Shown piece after piece: positions 63,549 through 64,000 of a stretch of 64,000 bases of DNA; positions within the stretch are counted from its first letter, which is position 1; every line of letters starts with the position of its first letter. The translations under genes were made by a program, and so were the position numbers. Source of the DNA: Chrysomallon squamiferum (taxonomy: Eukaryota > Animalia > Mollusca); contig CM022666.1 of assembly GCA_012295275.1 (NCBI GenBank), positions 6,820,001 to 6,884,000 of the forward strand. The letters are read 5' to 3'. Under the pieces are notes generated by a model. It saw only the letters and a list, made by a program, of their open reading frames with translations. It was not told the origin of the DNA and ran no database searches.

Positions 63549-63950
63549 ATTCATTTAGTTTGGTTTTATATTAATTTAATTATTTTTATCTTATTTAATA
63601 TTGAAGTAAATTTATTCTGCACATTCATTAAATAAACAATACACTTTTATTTTGGTTTTAATTTTATCATGATAGACTTTTTTTTCCAATTTGTTATTTT
63701 TGAAAGAAACCCTTCAGTTATCATATTTGTTAAAAAAAAAAAAAAAAAAAAAGGAATAAATAAATAAATAATAATATTAATAACACTGACACTTTAATTA
63801 AATTTGTTAAGTTTTTGGGGTTTCTACAGCAATAAAAACGGTAATAACAGTAATAACAATCATTGGAAATTAATACTAAAAATATAAAATAAATCACAAT
63901 ACAATAATAAAAATAATAAACATTATTCTTAATAATGAGAAGAAAACAGT

Positions 63951-63981
<31 letters not shown>

Positions 63982-64000
63982 AAAATACAATTCACCCCAA

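Noticed and set aside
63985-64000. Possible donor of the next upstream PSMD1 exon (GG|gtgaat)
   Set aside because: The few exonic bases visible do not match the expected ...DAG codons; insufficient sequence.

Overview
AT-rich, microsatellite-laden eukaryotic genomic DNA with spliceosomal introns. It is animal sequence and probably lophotrochozoan/molluscan, which is an inference from repeat style and gene content. Five protein-coding genes can be reconstructed by hand: (1) the last exon of TMEM126 (+, 1-533); (2) a CARD-domain plus long coiled-coil protein (-, 4665 to beyond 7509), whose CARD exons are invisible in the ORF track and whose first exon was not found; (3) DIPK2A/DIA1, a secretory-pathway divergent kinase (-, 4 coding exons, 25590-30982); (4) a complete SLC16/MCT-family transporter (-, 5 coding exons, 39386-43364, 558 aa) with several candidate upstream first exons; (5) the last six exons of PSMD1/Rpn2 (-, 59051-62566). 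Four frame-breaking 1-2 nt indels occur in three genes, including essential PSMD1, and are most simply explained as assembly errors. Non-coding features include a hAT/Charlie-like non-autonomous element carrying a 42-bp minisatellite, a fold-back MITE with a TAA target duplication, two smaller hairpins, several minisatellites (33, 34, 50, ~80, ~163 bp), a triplicated splice acceptor, and clustered TGACGTCA and G-quadruplex motifs. No CRISPR, rRNA or tRNA is supported. The best candidate for new biology is the CARD-coiled-coil gene; I cannot claim a new system from this window.
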